The notes under the pieces are model-generated. The model saw nothing but the letters and a program-made list of their open reading frames with translations. It was not told where the DNA came from and did no database searches. Below, piece after piece: positions 17,647 to 27,811 of a DNA stretch of 64,000 nt; the stretch's first letter is position 1, and every line of letters begins with the position of its first letter. The position numbers and the translations under genes were made by a program. Location of the stretch: the IMG/VR virus record IMGVR_UViG_3300032236_001850, positions 62,001 through 126,000 of that record; one strand, given 5' to 3'.

Positions 17647-19332
17647 ATGAATAAATTAAACGAAACTTTTAAAATCAACCCGCTTTACGAATCTGACGGG
17701 TACAAAGTTGGCCACAAAGCAATGTTGGCAGAAAACACTTCAGTTGAATATTGGACTTGGATCCCTAGAAGCATCAAGTACATGCACCCATCAATCGATG
17801 GTATCATGTCAGCAGGTGAACAGCTAGTTTGGAGATACATCCACAGCAACTTCCAGGAGTTATTCTTCAACAAACCAGTGGAAGCTGCAGAAAAATTCGG
17901 AAGAGACATGGCTGCATATCTTATGATGGATTACGACGCCGATCATTTTGTGGAACTTCATAAACTTGGATATCTTCCAGTTAGAATCAAAGCCATTCCT
18001 GAAGGGACATTTACAAAACCAAATATTCCACACATGACAGGAATCAACACAGTTGATGGTTATGCTTGGCTTGGACTTTACTTAGAAACTTTGGTTTCTA
18101 AGTTGGCTTGGCAATTACCAACTGCTGCTACCATCGCACACAGATTCAAACAGAATGCTGTTGAATGGGTTACCAAAACAGATCCAGAGAATCTTTGGTT
18201 AGCTGATTTCATGTGTCACGATTTCCACAGTAGAGGTGGTAACCCTTTCACCTCGATTGCAGTTGGTTTAGGACATGCCATGAGTAATTCAGGTAGCGAC
18301 ACATTAAATGTTATTCCAGCATCAAGATACTACTACGATTTTGATGAGAACGAGGTTCCTGTCTATAGTGTTAATGCTTCAGAGCACAGTGTGACATGCA
18401 CAGGTATTTTCTTCTACGAGAAAAAATTAAGAAGCGGTTTATTAAACCACGAAATTGTTTCTTACTACACAAGCACTGCACCTTCAGAGGGATCAGTTCA
18501 GGATCCTGACTATTTAGCAATTGCTGAATTACTTAATCTTCGTGATTGGTTGGAAAAATTTCCTAAAGGTATTCTTTCAGTTGTTTCTGACACGATGAAT
18601 CTATGGAAGGTGATCACTCACATCCTACCAAGACTTAAAAAAGAAATCCTTGCAAGAGATGGCAAATTGGTAATTAGACCTGACAGTGGAGACCCAGTTG
18701 ATATCATTTGTGGAACAACAACTATTAATAACAAGTGGGTAGAAGGAATACTTCCGCAATCTGAGTGTGAAAAGAAAGGTGTAATAGAACTTCTTTGGGA
18801 CATCTTTGGAGGTGAAGAAACTTCAACTGGATACAAAAGATTAGATTCTCACATTGGAGCAATCTACGGGGATTCAATCAACTTAGAAAGACAAATCGCT
18901 ATCTACACAAGATTAGCAGATAAAGGATTTTCAGCTACAAACATCGTGGTTGGTGTTGGTTCTTACACGTATGTTATGCTAACGAGAGACTCCGCTGGAT
19001 ATGCAGCTAAAGGAGCTTGGTTCGCTACTAAGGAATTTAACGGTGTTGATCCTGATGGTCAAACCGATTATATCACAACGGAGTATAACATCTACAAAGA
19101 TCCAGTAACTGATAACGGTACTAAAAAATCATTAAAAGGTTTCTGCCAGGTATTCAATAATAGACCAGATGCTTTACCTCACGAGATTAAGTACGACGGT
19201 AAGGATCAATTGGAAGTAAACACCGAATGCACTAAGGATCAAGAAGCTGGTGGTTTATTAAATATCATCTACGAAGATGGTAAATTCTATAATCAAGTCA
19301 CACTAACAGAGATTAGAGAAAGATTAAAATAA
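17647..19332 (+). CDS. nadV: nicotinamide phosphoribosyltransferase family (NAMPT or NARP1 Namat-like)
   Basis: SDGYKVGH, HDFHSRG, NASEHSVT, SVVSDT, LVIRPDSGDP, IYGDSI, KKSLKG. Confidence 0.93.
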   Translation: MNKLNETFKINPLYESDGYKVGHKAMLAENTSVEYWTWIPRSIKYMHPSIDGIMSAGEQLVWRYIHSNFQELFFNKPVEAAEKFGRDMAAYLMMDYDADHFVELHKLGYLPVRIKAIPEGTFTKPNIPHMTGINTVDGYAWLGLYLETLVSKLAWQLPTAATIAHRFKQNAVEWVTKTDPENLWLADFMCHDFHSRGGNPFTSIAVGLGHAMSNSGSDTLNVIPASRYYYDFDENEVPVYSVNASEHSVTCTGIFFYEKKLRSGLLNHEIVSYYTSTAPSEGSVQDPDYLAIAELLNLRDWLEKFPKGILSVVSDTMNLWKVITHILPRLKKEILARDGKLVIRPDSGDPVDIICGTTTINNKWVEGILPQSECEKKGVIELLWDIFGGEETSTGYKRLDSHIGAIYGDSINLERQIAIYTRLADKGFSATNIVVGVGSYTYVMLTRDSAGYAAKGAWFATKEFNGVDPDGQTDYITTEYNIYKDPVTDNGTKKSLKGFCQVFNNRPDALPHEIKYDGKDQLEVNTECTKDQEAGGLLNIIYEDGKFYNQVTLTEIRERLK

Positions 19333-19369
19333 TAATCAAAATAAAAAATCCCGAATATATCATTCGGGA

Positions 19370-19401
19370 TTTTTTTTATTCGAAGGGATTTCATATATTT
19401 G
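19370..19401 (+). promoter_or_regulatory. early/host-sigma promoter following terminator hairpin
   Basis: ATCCCGAAT/ATTCGGGAT hairpin, then TTTTTTTATTCGAA...TATATTTG. Confidence 0.75.
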
Positions 19402-19427
19402 AGGAATAATAAAGCAATTAAAAAATA

Positions 19428-20423
19428 ATGGGAAGTTTTTACACATTGTGTTCAATCACAAATCAGACAATAGTTGATAGTCAAGAATTAGTTGTTCAAT
19501 TTATGGTACCAAGAAAAACACTCGACGAGAGTGGAGGATTCATGGTTAAGATGTTTCTAGAAAGCGCAAAGAAAAAAGGTTTAGAGGAAGCACTTAAGAC
19601 CTGGGAGGAAACAACAAAGGAATGGGGTAACCGCATGGACCATAAGGGTATGGAGGTTTCCAATGAAGGCGCCATCGTAGACTACATTCCATTCGGTCCA
19701 GCTATTAGAGGAAAGTACAATGATTGCGGTGACGTGGTTCCGATGGACGATGAGGAAACACAAAAAAGAGTTAAGTTAATGGAAGGCATATTCTGTGGAA
19801 TTCCTTTTACAAGCTTAATGGATATAGCAACGGATGACAGATGGTATATCTACGGATTAAAAAGTGGAGACGATATGTGGAAGCTCAAAGGTGTTGATGA
19901 GAAACTACCAGGTTTCATACTTGATATCTGCAAGACCTTAACACTAACTTATTTCCATGCTCCAGTTTACGACGCCTTGATAGATCCGGATTTCTCACCA
20001 GAAGGAAGAAAAGACAGCTACGAAAAGAAATGGCAAGACGAGTACATCGATGGCATGAGAAAAGGTATAGCTGCCATAATTAAAGTGGGCGAGGGTGACA
20101 GGGAGGATGAGGATTTCTCAGAGAATCTAATTAATGCTTTCAGAAGATCGAGAATTCATTTATTGGAAAGAATGAAGGAGGAATTTTCATTTGTTCTTAT
20201 CACATCCTGTTTGAGAGAAGGTACAGATTTTGAATGGTTAATTGAAAACTCAAGATTAACATCATCAATGTCAGGAATGTGCTTCAAATTGCAAAGATCA
20301 CAATACGGATCACAACACTTCAACTGGGAAGGTTGGAAAAAAATAAACGAATCTTTGGAGCCATCAGTAGCCAAAATGAAAGCATATTATGGTTATGATG
20401 AAGAAGACGAAGACGATATATAG
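19428..20423 (+). CDS. hypothetical protein
   Basis: 331 aa ORF after promoter. Confidence 0.85.
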   Translation: MGSFYTLCSITNQTIVDSQELVVQFMVPRKTLDESGGFMVKMFLESAKKKGLEEALKTWEETTKEWGNRMDHKGMEVSNEGAIVDYIPFGPAIRGKYNDCGDVVPMDDEETQKRVKLMEGIFCGIPFTSLMDIATDDRWYIYGLKSGDDMWKLKGVDEKLPGFILDICKTLTLTYFHAPVYDALIDPDFSPEGRKDSYEKKWQDEYIDGMRKGIAAIIKVGEGDREDEDFSENLINAFRRSRIHLLERMKEEFSFVLITSCLREGTDFEWLIENSRLTSSMSGMCFKLQRSQYGSQHFNWEGWKKINESLEPSVAKMKAYYGYDEEDEDDI

Positions 20424-20441
20424 GTAAACTAAAATAATCTG

Positions 20442-21188
20442 ATGAGTATATATAACGAAATTTATGGTCTCTGTGCAGCCAAAAATGTAGGTCCAATTTT
20501 CGATAACGGAAAGGAACTTACCCCGAGATTGAAATTTATAATTTCAGTCCTTGAAAAAGAAGGTATTGATTACGAGATTGATAGATTCTCAGTTGACAAT
20601 AAAACCGATGGTTTTAATATCAATCTACTTGGAAATTCCAATCAGTTTGTTGTAGCTCATCATGATATAGTTAATCCACATTCTGATAATGCAAACGATA
20701 ATAGCTGCTCAGTTATTAATGCAATTGCACTTAAGAAATTGGTTCCCTCCGTAAACATTTCCATATTGGACGGTGAGGAATATGGAGGATTTGGATCTCA
20801 ACATCTAAGCGAAAGAATAAACGCTGGAGATTTTGGTGACATCAAATGGGTACTTAATTTTGAATTAACAGGAAGAGGTGGAGAAGATTTCTTTATTGGA
20901 GACTACCCAGGGCCATTAACTGATCACATACAATCAATTTTCGATTGTCCTGTAGTTAGAACACCCTTCAACGATTCGGTTATATTCAGAAAAAATGGAA
21001 TAGACTCAGTTGTTATTAATCCATTACCTCCAACAGACGAAAAAACACCAGTTGTTTGTTCTGATGGGACATGCTTAGATTTCAAAATTCTATTTCTATG
21101 TCACAAGATGGAAGATTCTGTTGATAAAATATCACCAGAAGATATGAGAGCATTCGTTGAGAATGTAGCCGCAAAAATAATAACTTAA
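20442..21188 (+). CDS. M28 family zinc peptidase
   Basis: VVAHHD, NANDNSCSV, DGEEYGGFGS, VLNFELTG, HKMEDSVD. Confidence 0.8.
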   Translation: MSIYNEIYGLCAAKNVGPIFDNGKELTPRLKFIISVLEKEGIDYEIDRFSVDNKTDGFNINLLGNSNQFVVAHHDIVNPHSDNANDNSCSVINAIALKKLVPSVNISILDGEEYGGFGSQHLSERINAGDFGDIKWVLNFELTGRGGEDFFIGDYPGPLTDHIQSIFDCPVVRTPFNDSVIFRKNGIDSVVINPLPPTDEKTPVVCSDGTCLDFKILFLCHKMEDSVDKISPEDMRAFVENVAAKIIT

Positions 21189-21189
21189 A

Positions 21190-21330
21190 ATGAAAACTTT
21201 TGAGAATATAAAAAACTTTAAAACATTCATACAAAAGATTGATGAGGACATAGAAACACCTAAAAAATCAAAGGTTAAAAGGCCAAGGAAGGAAAAAATC
21301 GTAACGATTCCAAATTGGGGAATATACTAA
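21190..21330 (+). CDS. small basic protein (46 aa, not in ORF track)
   Basis: MKTFENIKNFKTFIQKIDE...KKSKVKRPRKEK; followed by a terminator hairpin. Confidence 0.55.
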   Translation: MKTFENIKNFKTFIQKIDEDIETPKKSKVKRPRKEKIVTIPNWGIY

Positions 21331-21372
21331 TAAAAAAATCCGAAATTATTTTCGGATTTTTTTTGTGATTTA

Positions 21373-21405
21373 TTTTTTTTATTCGAATCTTTGTTGTACA
21401 TTTGC
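21373..21405 (+). promoter_or_regulatory. early/host-sigma promoter
   Basis: TTTTTTTTATTCGAA...TACATTTGC. Confidence 0.8.
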
Positions 21406-21437
21406 AACAAATAATTTAATAATTAATACTTAAAAAA

Positions 21438-23363
21438 ATGCACACACAAATTGCAAGTTTATTGGGCTATGCTTGGGTAATCATCCCAGTTTTAGCATTG
21501 CTATTCTACAAATTCACACTCCGAATGTTTTTCGGTATGGTGATAATCCCGGAGGACAAGATTGGTTTGGTTACCAAAAAATTCGTTCTTTTCGGTTCAA
21601 ATAAAAATTTACCAGACGGTAAAATCATTGCTCTAAATGGTGAACCTGGTTATCAAGCAGACACATTAGCACCTGGTTATTTAGGATGGGGTTATTGGCC
21701 TTGGCAGTACACAATCGATCAATCGCCATTCGTAGTAATCGCAAAAGGAAAAATTGGTTTAGTTACAGCAAGAGATGGTGCCCAGTTACCTACAGGTTCC
21801 ATTTTAGCAAGACACGTTGACTCTGATAACTATCAATCAGCCAGAGAATTCTTAGCAAATGGAGGACAACGTGGTAAACAAGTTGGTTATCTTAACAATG
21901 GGGTATATCGTATCAATAAACACTTATTCGAAGTGTATGAAGCTGATATCACTTATATTGAGGATGGACAAGTTGGTATCATCACTGCCCTAGACGGTAT
22001 TCCGTTGGATGCTGGAAACATTGCAGGTAACGTTATTGATGGTCACAACAATTTCCAAAATTTCGACAAGTTCTTAGAAAATGGAGGACAACGTGGTCTA
22101 CAAACACAAGTTGTACAAGCTGGTAACTATTCATTAAATCCATGGGCAGTGGAGGTTGAAAAAGTTGCAATGACACAGATTCCTATTGGACACGTTGGTG
22201 TTATTATCTCCTATGTTGGTGCAGAAGGTAAGGATGTAACTGGAGAAGGATTCAAACACGGTAATATCGTTGATAAAGGACAAAAAGGTGTTTGTATTAC
22301 ACCATTAGATCCAGGTAAATATGCGATCAATCCATATACACACAAAATTGAAGTTGTACCAACAACTAACTTAGTACTTAACTGGGCTAATGCTCGTACA
22401 GAGTCACACAATTTGGATAAAGGATTAAGCACAATCACAGTGCGTTCTAAAGACGGTTTCCCATTCAACTTGGACGTTTCTCAAATCATCCACATCCCAT
22501 CAACTGAAGCACCTAAGGTTATTGCTCGATTTGGAGCCATGCAAAACCTTGTATCTCAAGTACTTGAGCCTACAATCGGTAACTACTTCCGTAACTCAGC
22601 ACAAAATTCTGATGTTATCTCATTCTTAAATGATCGTCAAAAACGTCAAGATGCTGCTAAAAACGAAATCAAAAAAGTACTTGACGAGTATAATGTACAT
22701 GCAGTTGATACATTGATTGGAGACATCACACCTCCTGAGTCGTTAATGAAAACTCTTACTGACCGTAAGATTGCAGAAGAGGAGCAAACAACTTTCAACG
22801 TGCAACAAGCTGCACAAGAGCAAAAACAAAAATTGGCTTCTGCAAAAGCTTTAGCTGATATGCAAGGTGAAATCGTACAAGCTGAACAATCGGTAATGAT
22901 TGCCGATAGAAAGGCACAAACGAAGGTTAAGGAATCTGAAGGGGAGGCAACATCTATGAAACTTAAAGCAGCTGCACAAGCGGAAGCCAAAGAGATCATG
23001 GCAAAAGCGGATGCAACACAAATCAAATTAACCGGAGAAGCAGAAGCATCTAAGATTGAGGCGATTGGTAAAGCAACAGCGGAAGCTTACGAGAAACAGG
23101 TTAAAGCAATGGGAGCAGACAACTTCGGACAATTAAAAGTTGTTGAGTCGATTGGTATGAACAACATCAAAATCATTCCTGAGATTCTTATCAGCGGAGG
23201 TGATGGTGGTAACGGACCTATCTCAGGTTTACTTGGAATGGAGTTACTGAACCAGGTTAATGCTAGAAAAGCAGAAGCAGCAGCTCCTGCGGTAGTAAAA
23301 GAAACACCTGCCTCGTCAGGACCTTCAATAACACAAGAAGGACCTAAAAAAGGTAACAAATAA
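21438..23363 (+). CDS. SPFH/band 7/flotillin domain membrane protein
   Basis: N-terminal TM, repeated RG.Q...L..G.Y.IN modules, TITVRSKDGFPFNLDVSQI, Ala/Glu-rich flotillin coiled coil. Confidence 0.88.
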   Translation: MHTQIASLLGYAWVIIPVLALLFYKFTLRMFFGMVIIPEDKIGLVTKKFVLFGSNKNLPDGKIIALNGEPGYQADTLAPGYLGWGYWPWQYTIDQSPFVVIAKGKIGLVTARDGAQLPTGSILARHVDSDNYQSAREFLANGGQRGKQVGYLNNGVYRINKHLFEVYEADITYIEDGQVGIITALDGIPLDAGNIAGNVIDGHNNFQNFDKFLENGGQRGLQTQVVQAGNYSLNPWAVEVEKVAMTQIPIGHVGVIISYVGAEGKDVTGEGFKHGNIVDKGQKGVCITPLDPGKYAINPYTHKIEVVPTTNLVLNWANARTESHNLDKGLSTITVRSKDGFPFNLDVSQIIHIPSTEAPKVIARFGAMQNLVSQVLEPTIGNYFRNSAQNSDVISFLNDRQKRQDAAKNEIKKVLDEYNVHAVDTLIGDITPPESLMKTLTDRKIAEEEQTTFNVQQAAQEQKQKLASAKALADMQGEIVQAEQSVMIADRKAQTKVKESEGEATSMKLKAAAQAEAKEIMAKADATQIKLTGEAEASKIEAIGKATAEAYEKQVKAMGADNFGQLKVVESIGMNNIKIIPEILISGGDGGNGPISGLLGMELLNQVNARKAEAAAPAVVKETPASSGPSITQEGPKKGNK

Positions 23364-23380
23364 TACCTTATGATATATTC

Positions 23381-23409
23381 AAAACCCGTGAGAAATCACG
23401 GGTTTTTTT
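23381..23409. terminator. bidirectional terminator
   Basis: AAAACCCGTGA GAAA TCACGGGTTTT between convergent genes. Confidence 0.85.
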
Positions 23410-23413
23410 ATAT

Positions 23414-24610
23414 CTAAATATATCCTAGCTTTAATTTTATATCATCTATTGTCATATCCCATTTTTTTATTTTTCTGTATAAATGTTCATTCATTGCTAA
23501 TTCACTAAAATTATTATAATTACATTTTACCCTGATGAGATAATCAATATGCTCATCCTTTGTTTTAAATCTTTTTAATTTTTTTGTATCATTTATAATA
23601 CCAAGAATCCGGCAATCAATCAAATTATATTTTTTAATTCTCTTATATAAATCAAAGTCATTTTTTTTGAGTTCACTCAATTTAACATTTTCACATTTTT
23701 CAATATCACCAGATCTTAGCATAAATAGAAAATTCAAATTTGGTTTATAGTTTATGATCTGATCCTCACTAACATAAATTCCTGTAATTCTTTTTATATC
23801 ATCAATCTGGTTAATCAATTGGGTTTTAATATTTTCTATATAATTTCTATAGTTTTTAGACTTTTCGTCAATTACAAGTAATTCTACGTTAGCTTCTTTG
23901 CAAATTTTTATTTTTTCCTTGTCCTTCTCCTCAGTATGGAATCTTTTACCGTTATATTCCCAACCAATTCTCCATTTATCAAAATAGCAATCAATTTCAA
24001 GAGGGTATATGACATTTCTATTATTAAAGCTACATTCAGTGCTCAAAATATATTCAAGAATATCCTTTAGTATTAATTGGGGTATGCTAACAGATCCACC
24101 GATTTTTAAATTCTCAAGCTCATCCAATAAGCCAAATTTTCTTGCTTTGTTATACACGTAATTATCCATATAAGAAAACTCACTTCTTGTTGTGTATTTT
24201 AAAGCTTCGCCTCTAACAAAATCGTATGACACATCTCTTCCATTTTCTTTACATTTTTTAGCTCTTAAAAAATCTATTTCCTCTTTGGTCCTCTTTATTC
24301 CCATGCGACCAATTTTTCTTATAACAGATTTTCTTGTCTTGTCTAATTCTAGTGCAATCTCAGCATTTGATAAAATTCTATAATTATTTAATATAAAAAT
24401 CTCCTCATGCTCACTCCATTCGGTTTGCTTGTATTGATTTCTTTTCTTCCTTGATTTCTTCATAAAATCCTCATTTTTATAAACACCAATAGAATTTGCT
24501 TTAGCAATGAGTGTTCTCCTTTTTATGTTAAGAATGTTAGACAATTCATCGTTATCCGTTGAAGGGTACAATTGAATGAGTTTTTTAGTTTTTTCCTCGG
24601 TCCAGATCAT
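23414..24610 (-). mobile_element. free-standing endonuclease-like gene (two Myb-like HTH repeats + PD-(D/E)XK nuclease)
   Basis: WTEEKTKKLIQLY.../WSEHEEIFILNNY... repeats; LEIDCYFDKWRIGWEYNGKRFH; inverted relative to flanks. Confidence 0.65.
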
Positions 24611-24686
24611 GCCAATTTTTATTATTTTATTCTATATATCCATCAATAAATAAAATATAAAATAATCGGAACAATAATCATTTAAT

Positions 24687-25226
24687 ATGTATAACAATAA
24701 AGAAAATCAAATGATACACGAAATAAAACCAGATTCAAAAAATTTGGAAAATTTGGATTTTTCTGAAAATTCAATAAGCATCTTCCTGGCAGGATCAATT
24801 GATATGGGATCATCGAAAAAATGGGCTTCAGAGCTGGTTAATAGAATTACTGAAATCAACCCATTTGAATTTGATATTGTTTTTTATAATCCCAGAAGAG
24901 ATGCGTGGGATAATACATGGGAGCAGGAGGAATCTAATCCGGTATTTAATTATCAAGTGAATTGGGAATTAGATAATATTGAGGATTCGGATATTATATT
25001 CTTTAATATCCTACCAGAATCAAAAAGCCCAATAACTCTTATGGAATTAGGTCTATGTGCTGGTAGTAATGCTAAGGTTATAGTTTGCTGTCCAGATGGA
25101 TTCTACAGAAAAGGAAACGTTGACATTCTATGTACAAGATACGAGATGCCACAATATCCAGATTTTGATTCCGCTTTCGGTGCTTTACTTACCACAATAG
25201 GTAGAGAGGCCAGAAGGAAATATTAA
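24687..25226 (+). CDS. nucleoside 2-deoxyribosyltransferase-like protein
   Basis: IFLAGSI, YNPRR, QVNWELD, SPITLMELG motifs. Confidence 0.85.
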   Translation: MYNNKENQMIHEIKPDSKNLENLDFSENSISIFLAGSIDMGSSKKWASELVNRITEINPFEFDIVFYNPRRDAWDNTWEQEESNPVFNYQVNWELDNIEDSDIIFFNILPESKSPITLMELGLCAGSNAKVIVCCPDGFYRKGNVDILCTRYEMPQYPDFDSAFGALLTTIGREARRKY

Positions 25227-25288
25227 GGTAAGGGATCCTAAAAATCCCACGAGCTTCAAAGAAGCGATTTAGAAAATAACTTATGTAA

Positions 25289-26182
25289 ATGAGTGAAATT
25301 AAAAAACACATATCTGTTGTAGAGACAGATAATGGACACGGAATTCTGAGTTATCTAACAATGGAAATGTCAGATAAATTAAGTCCGGAGGGATTTCCAG
25401 AGATGGGATTGAAAATGAAAACAAAACACGTCGAGCTTGAAACACATCAAGTAAAATCGGTAATCAATTCCGAACAGATGCAAGATCTCGAAGCAATGGG
25501 AATTAACACTTTGGATACGTTAAATTCAACACTACTGAACGAATCCGAAATGGGACAGGAGAAGCAAATTTATAAAAAAATGAAATTGCTTGGTTATGAA
25601 TCCAACAGAAAATTATGGACAAAGTTCCAAAATTTTGCACATAAATGGACGGGATATGTACCAATGTTAGATATCACAAAGGATGGAGCTTTATTAAGAA
25701 AGATGAATTTCATGTCACAGATCATAGCAACATCATCAAGACTTGGTCCTGCTAACTTTGTAATAATTGGTCCAGGTTTATTAGAACAGTTTGTTGCAGA
25801 TCCAGGATTTGTGCACGTTCAACATGATTCTTCATCAACTCCGGGTAAAATCTATTTATGTGGTACATACAGAGATCAGTTTCAAATATTAATAAATCCG
25901 GGACTTCCGTGGACGGATAAAAGAGTAGTTATGGGTAGGGACTCTTCGGTTCAAAATGAAGGCATATTTATGATTGAACACAAGGAAGGATATGTTTTTG
26001 ATAAAAGAGAATATGTGAATCCAACATTTCTTACTCCTATGATCGAAATGGTACTAAGAAAAAGATATGCTTTAACGCACACGCAAAACGCAGCAAAAAA
26101 TTACATAACATTAACATGTACTAATAAAAAACATAATGTTCTTACACACATTATTGAAAAGTACTTCAAAAAGAAAAAATAA
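25289..26182 (+). CDS. truncated T4 gp23/gp24-like capsid protein paralog
   Basis: EQMQDLEAMGI..LNSTLLNE, IATSSRLGPANFVIIGP, CGTYRDQFQILINP, VLRKRYAL parallel the gp23 motifs ELAQDL, RTRRGxGNxII, GxLxGxYxVYIDPY, FKTRYG. Confidence 0.7.
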   Translation: MSEIKKHISVVETDNGHGILSYLTMEMSDKLSPEGFPEMGLKMKTKHVELETHQVKSVINSEQMQDLEAMGINTLDTLNSTLLNESEMGQEKQIYKKMKLLGYESNRKLWTKFQNFAHKWTGYVPMLDITKDGALLRKMNFMSQIIATSSRLGPANFVIIGPGLLEQFVADPGFVHVQHDSSSTPGKIYLCGTYRDQFQILINPGLPWTDKRVVMGRDSSVQNEGIFMIEHKEGYVFDKREYVNPTFLTPMIEMVLRKRYALTHTQNAAKNYITLTCTNKKHNVLTHIIEKYFKKKK

Positions 26183-26649
26183 TGGTTAGTTTATATTCAT
26201 CAATCCTTTGGGATAAAATTGGTCACGATCCCAACGAATTTAAAATACACGAAAAGGAATTTCCGGAGATATTCGAAGAATTCAAAAAATACATAGAGGA
26301 TAAGGGATCAGAACAATTTCTCGATGACGTTAGGGGAATAGAGGGAATAGTTGGAGATATTACTGAATTTAGTTACTATGACGGTCCGATATACCAACAC
26401 AAAACACACACTCACGAAAGCAACATCAAAGATCCGGAGGATTGGGAAGAAGGTAAGAAAAACGGATACAAGGAGATAAAAATGATTTTCCATGAATCTG
26501 AAGTTCTTCCAAACGTTCTAAGGATGATGATGGAATTTCTTGGGCCCGACGAGGTTTCCTTTCTTGCTGATGTCCATAGGGAATACTATAAAAATAAGAA
26601 AGCAATAGCCGTTGAAGATTGTCAATTGAGGTCTAGCGATGAGCAATAG
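26182..26649 (+). CDS. hypothetical protein
   Basis: 155 aa ORF. Confidence 0.75.
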   Translation: MVSLYSSILWDKIGHDPNEFKIHEKEFPEIFEEFKKYIEDKGSEQFLDDVRGIEGIVGDITEFSYYDGPIYQHKTHTHESNIKDPEDWEEGKKNGYKEIKMIFHESEVLPNVLRMMMEFLGPDEVSFLADVHREYYKNKKAIAVEDCQLRSSDEQ

Positions 26650-27205
26650 TAATTATACTCTTCATTCTGGTGGAGCATTAGGTGCAGATATTACATGGGA
26701 GATAATAGGGAGGAGATTTGGATTAACCGAATTCAATCATTATTATATTGATGGATATAAAACAACAAAGGGCAATGCTTCGATAAAGATGTCGGAAAAG
26801 CTGGAGAGAATGATTGACGAAGATCTTATTAAAGCAAATAAAACTCTTAAAAGAAAATATCCAACAAGGAATGCCTATGTTAACAATCTTCTAAGAAGAA
26901 ATTGGTTTCAGGTTAATAAATCTGATGCAATTTTTGCCATCTCGAGTATAGAGAATGGTCTCGTAAACGGAGGAACCGGATGGGCTGTTCAAATGGCAAT
27001 AGATAAGGGAATGCAGGTTTTTGTTTTCTGTCAAATCACGAAGAAGTGGTATACACGTTCCTTGGGATCTTGGATCATTACAGAAATCCCAATTTTAACC
27101 GAAAATTTTGCAGGTATAGGGACAAGGGAGATATATGAATCAGGTCAAAAAGCAATCGAGGATGTTTATAATAAAACATTCAATCACAAAAAAGCCGAAG
27201 TTTAA
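26639..27205 (+). CDS. SLOG/YspA-like nucleotide-binding protein
   Basis: LHSGGALGAD, RRNWFQV, GGTGWAVQMA, AGIGTR. Confidence 0.6.
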   Translation: MSNSNYTLHSGGALGADITWEIIGRRFGLTEFNHYYIDGYKTTKGNASIKMSEKLERMIDEDLIKANKTLKRKYPTRNAYVNNLLRRNWFQVNKSDAIFAISSIENGLVNGGTGWAVQMAIDKGMQVFVFCQITKKWYTRSLGSWIITEIPILTENFAGIGTREIYESGQKAIEDVYNKTFNHKKAEV

Positions 27206-27220
27206 ACTTCGGCTTTTTTT
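27188..27220. terminator. bidirectional terminator
   Basis: AAAAAGCCGAAG/CTTCGGCTTTTT. Confidence 0.85.
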
Positions 27221-27492
27221 TAATCTGCTAAATCTTTTTGAATTCCTTCGTATCCAGGTTGACCTAACATTTCGTCTAGAACCTGATGACATTCGTTGAC
27301 ATAATTATCATATGTGTGGCACTCGTCCAAATCATTATGGCATTCATTTGCCTCTCTAATTAGATGTTTCTCACAAAGCTTTTTCATTTTTGCTTTTGCT
27401 TTCTCACTCATAAGTGATTTTTTCTGTGTGTCAGCATCCCAATTTTCTCCAACATAATCGTTGAATCTCTCGTAACTTTTAATGTTTTCCAT
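27220..27492 (-). CDS. hypothetical protein with capsid-targeting-like N-terminus
   Basis: MENIKSYERFND. Confidence 0.75.
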   Translation of the reverse strand: MENIKSYERFNDYVGENWDADTQKKSLMSEKAKAKMKKLCEKHLIREANECHNDLDECHTYDNYVNECHQVLDEMLGQPGYEGIQKDLAD

Positions 27493-27494
27493 TT

Positions 27495-27761
27495 TTATGC
27501 AGTTTGATTTGGATCAGATGGTGTTTCATCTTTTCCTTTGTATTTTAGAGTTAACATCTTCTCAACAACAGTTAGTCCTAATCCACCACCAGCTATAAGG
27601 CAAAGTGAATCATACATAAATTCAGGAGTTATACCATCCTTAGATCTAAATGTTGCTACATAAGCTAATATAACCACATTAACCAGAACAAACATAGAGG
27701 CAACTCTTTTTACTGATACCTCATTGTTGCTGGAGAGCATATCCAATATAAATTTTTTCAT
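27495..27761 (-). CDS. two-TM membrane protein, holin-like
   Basis: SVKRVASMF followed by two hydrophobic helices; upstream GATATATAG motif. Confidence 0.5.
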   Translation of the reverse strand: MKKFILDMLSSNNEVSVKRVASMFVLVNVVILAYVATFRSKDGITPEFMYDSLCLIAGGGLGLTVVEKMLTLKYKGKDETPSDPNQTA

Positions 27762-27778
27762 GGTGTTAAGTTTTTATC

Positions 27779-27808
27779 CTATATATCTTTATTTGTTGGA
27801 ATATATAC
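27779..27808. promoter_or_regulatory. back-to-back putative late promoters (RATATATA motif)
   Basis: GATATATAG on - strand (27779-27787) and GAATATATAC on + strand (27799-27808) between divergent genes. Confidence 0.6.
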
Positions 27809-27811
27809 AGT

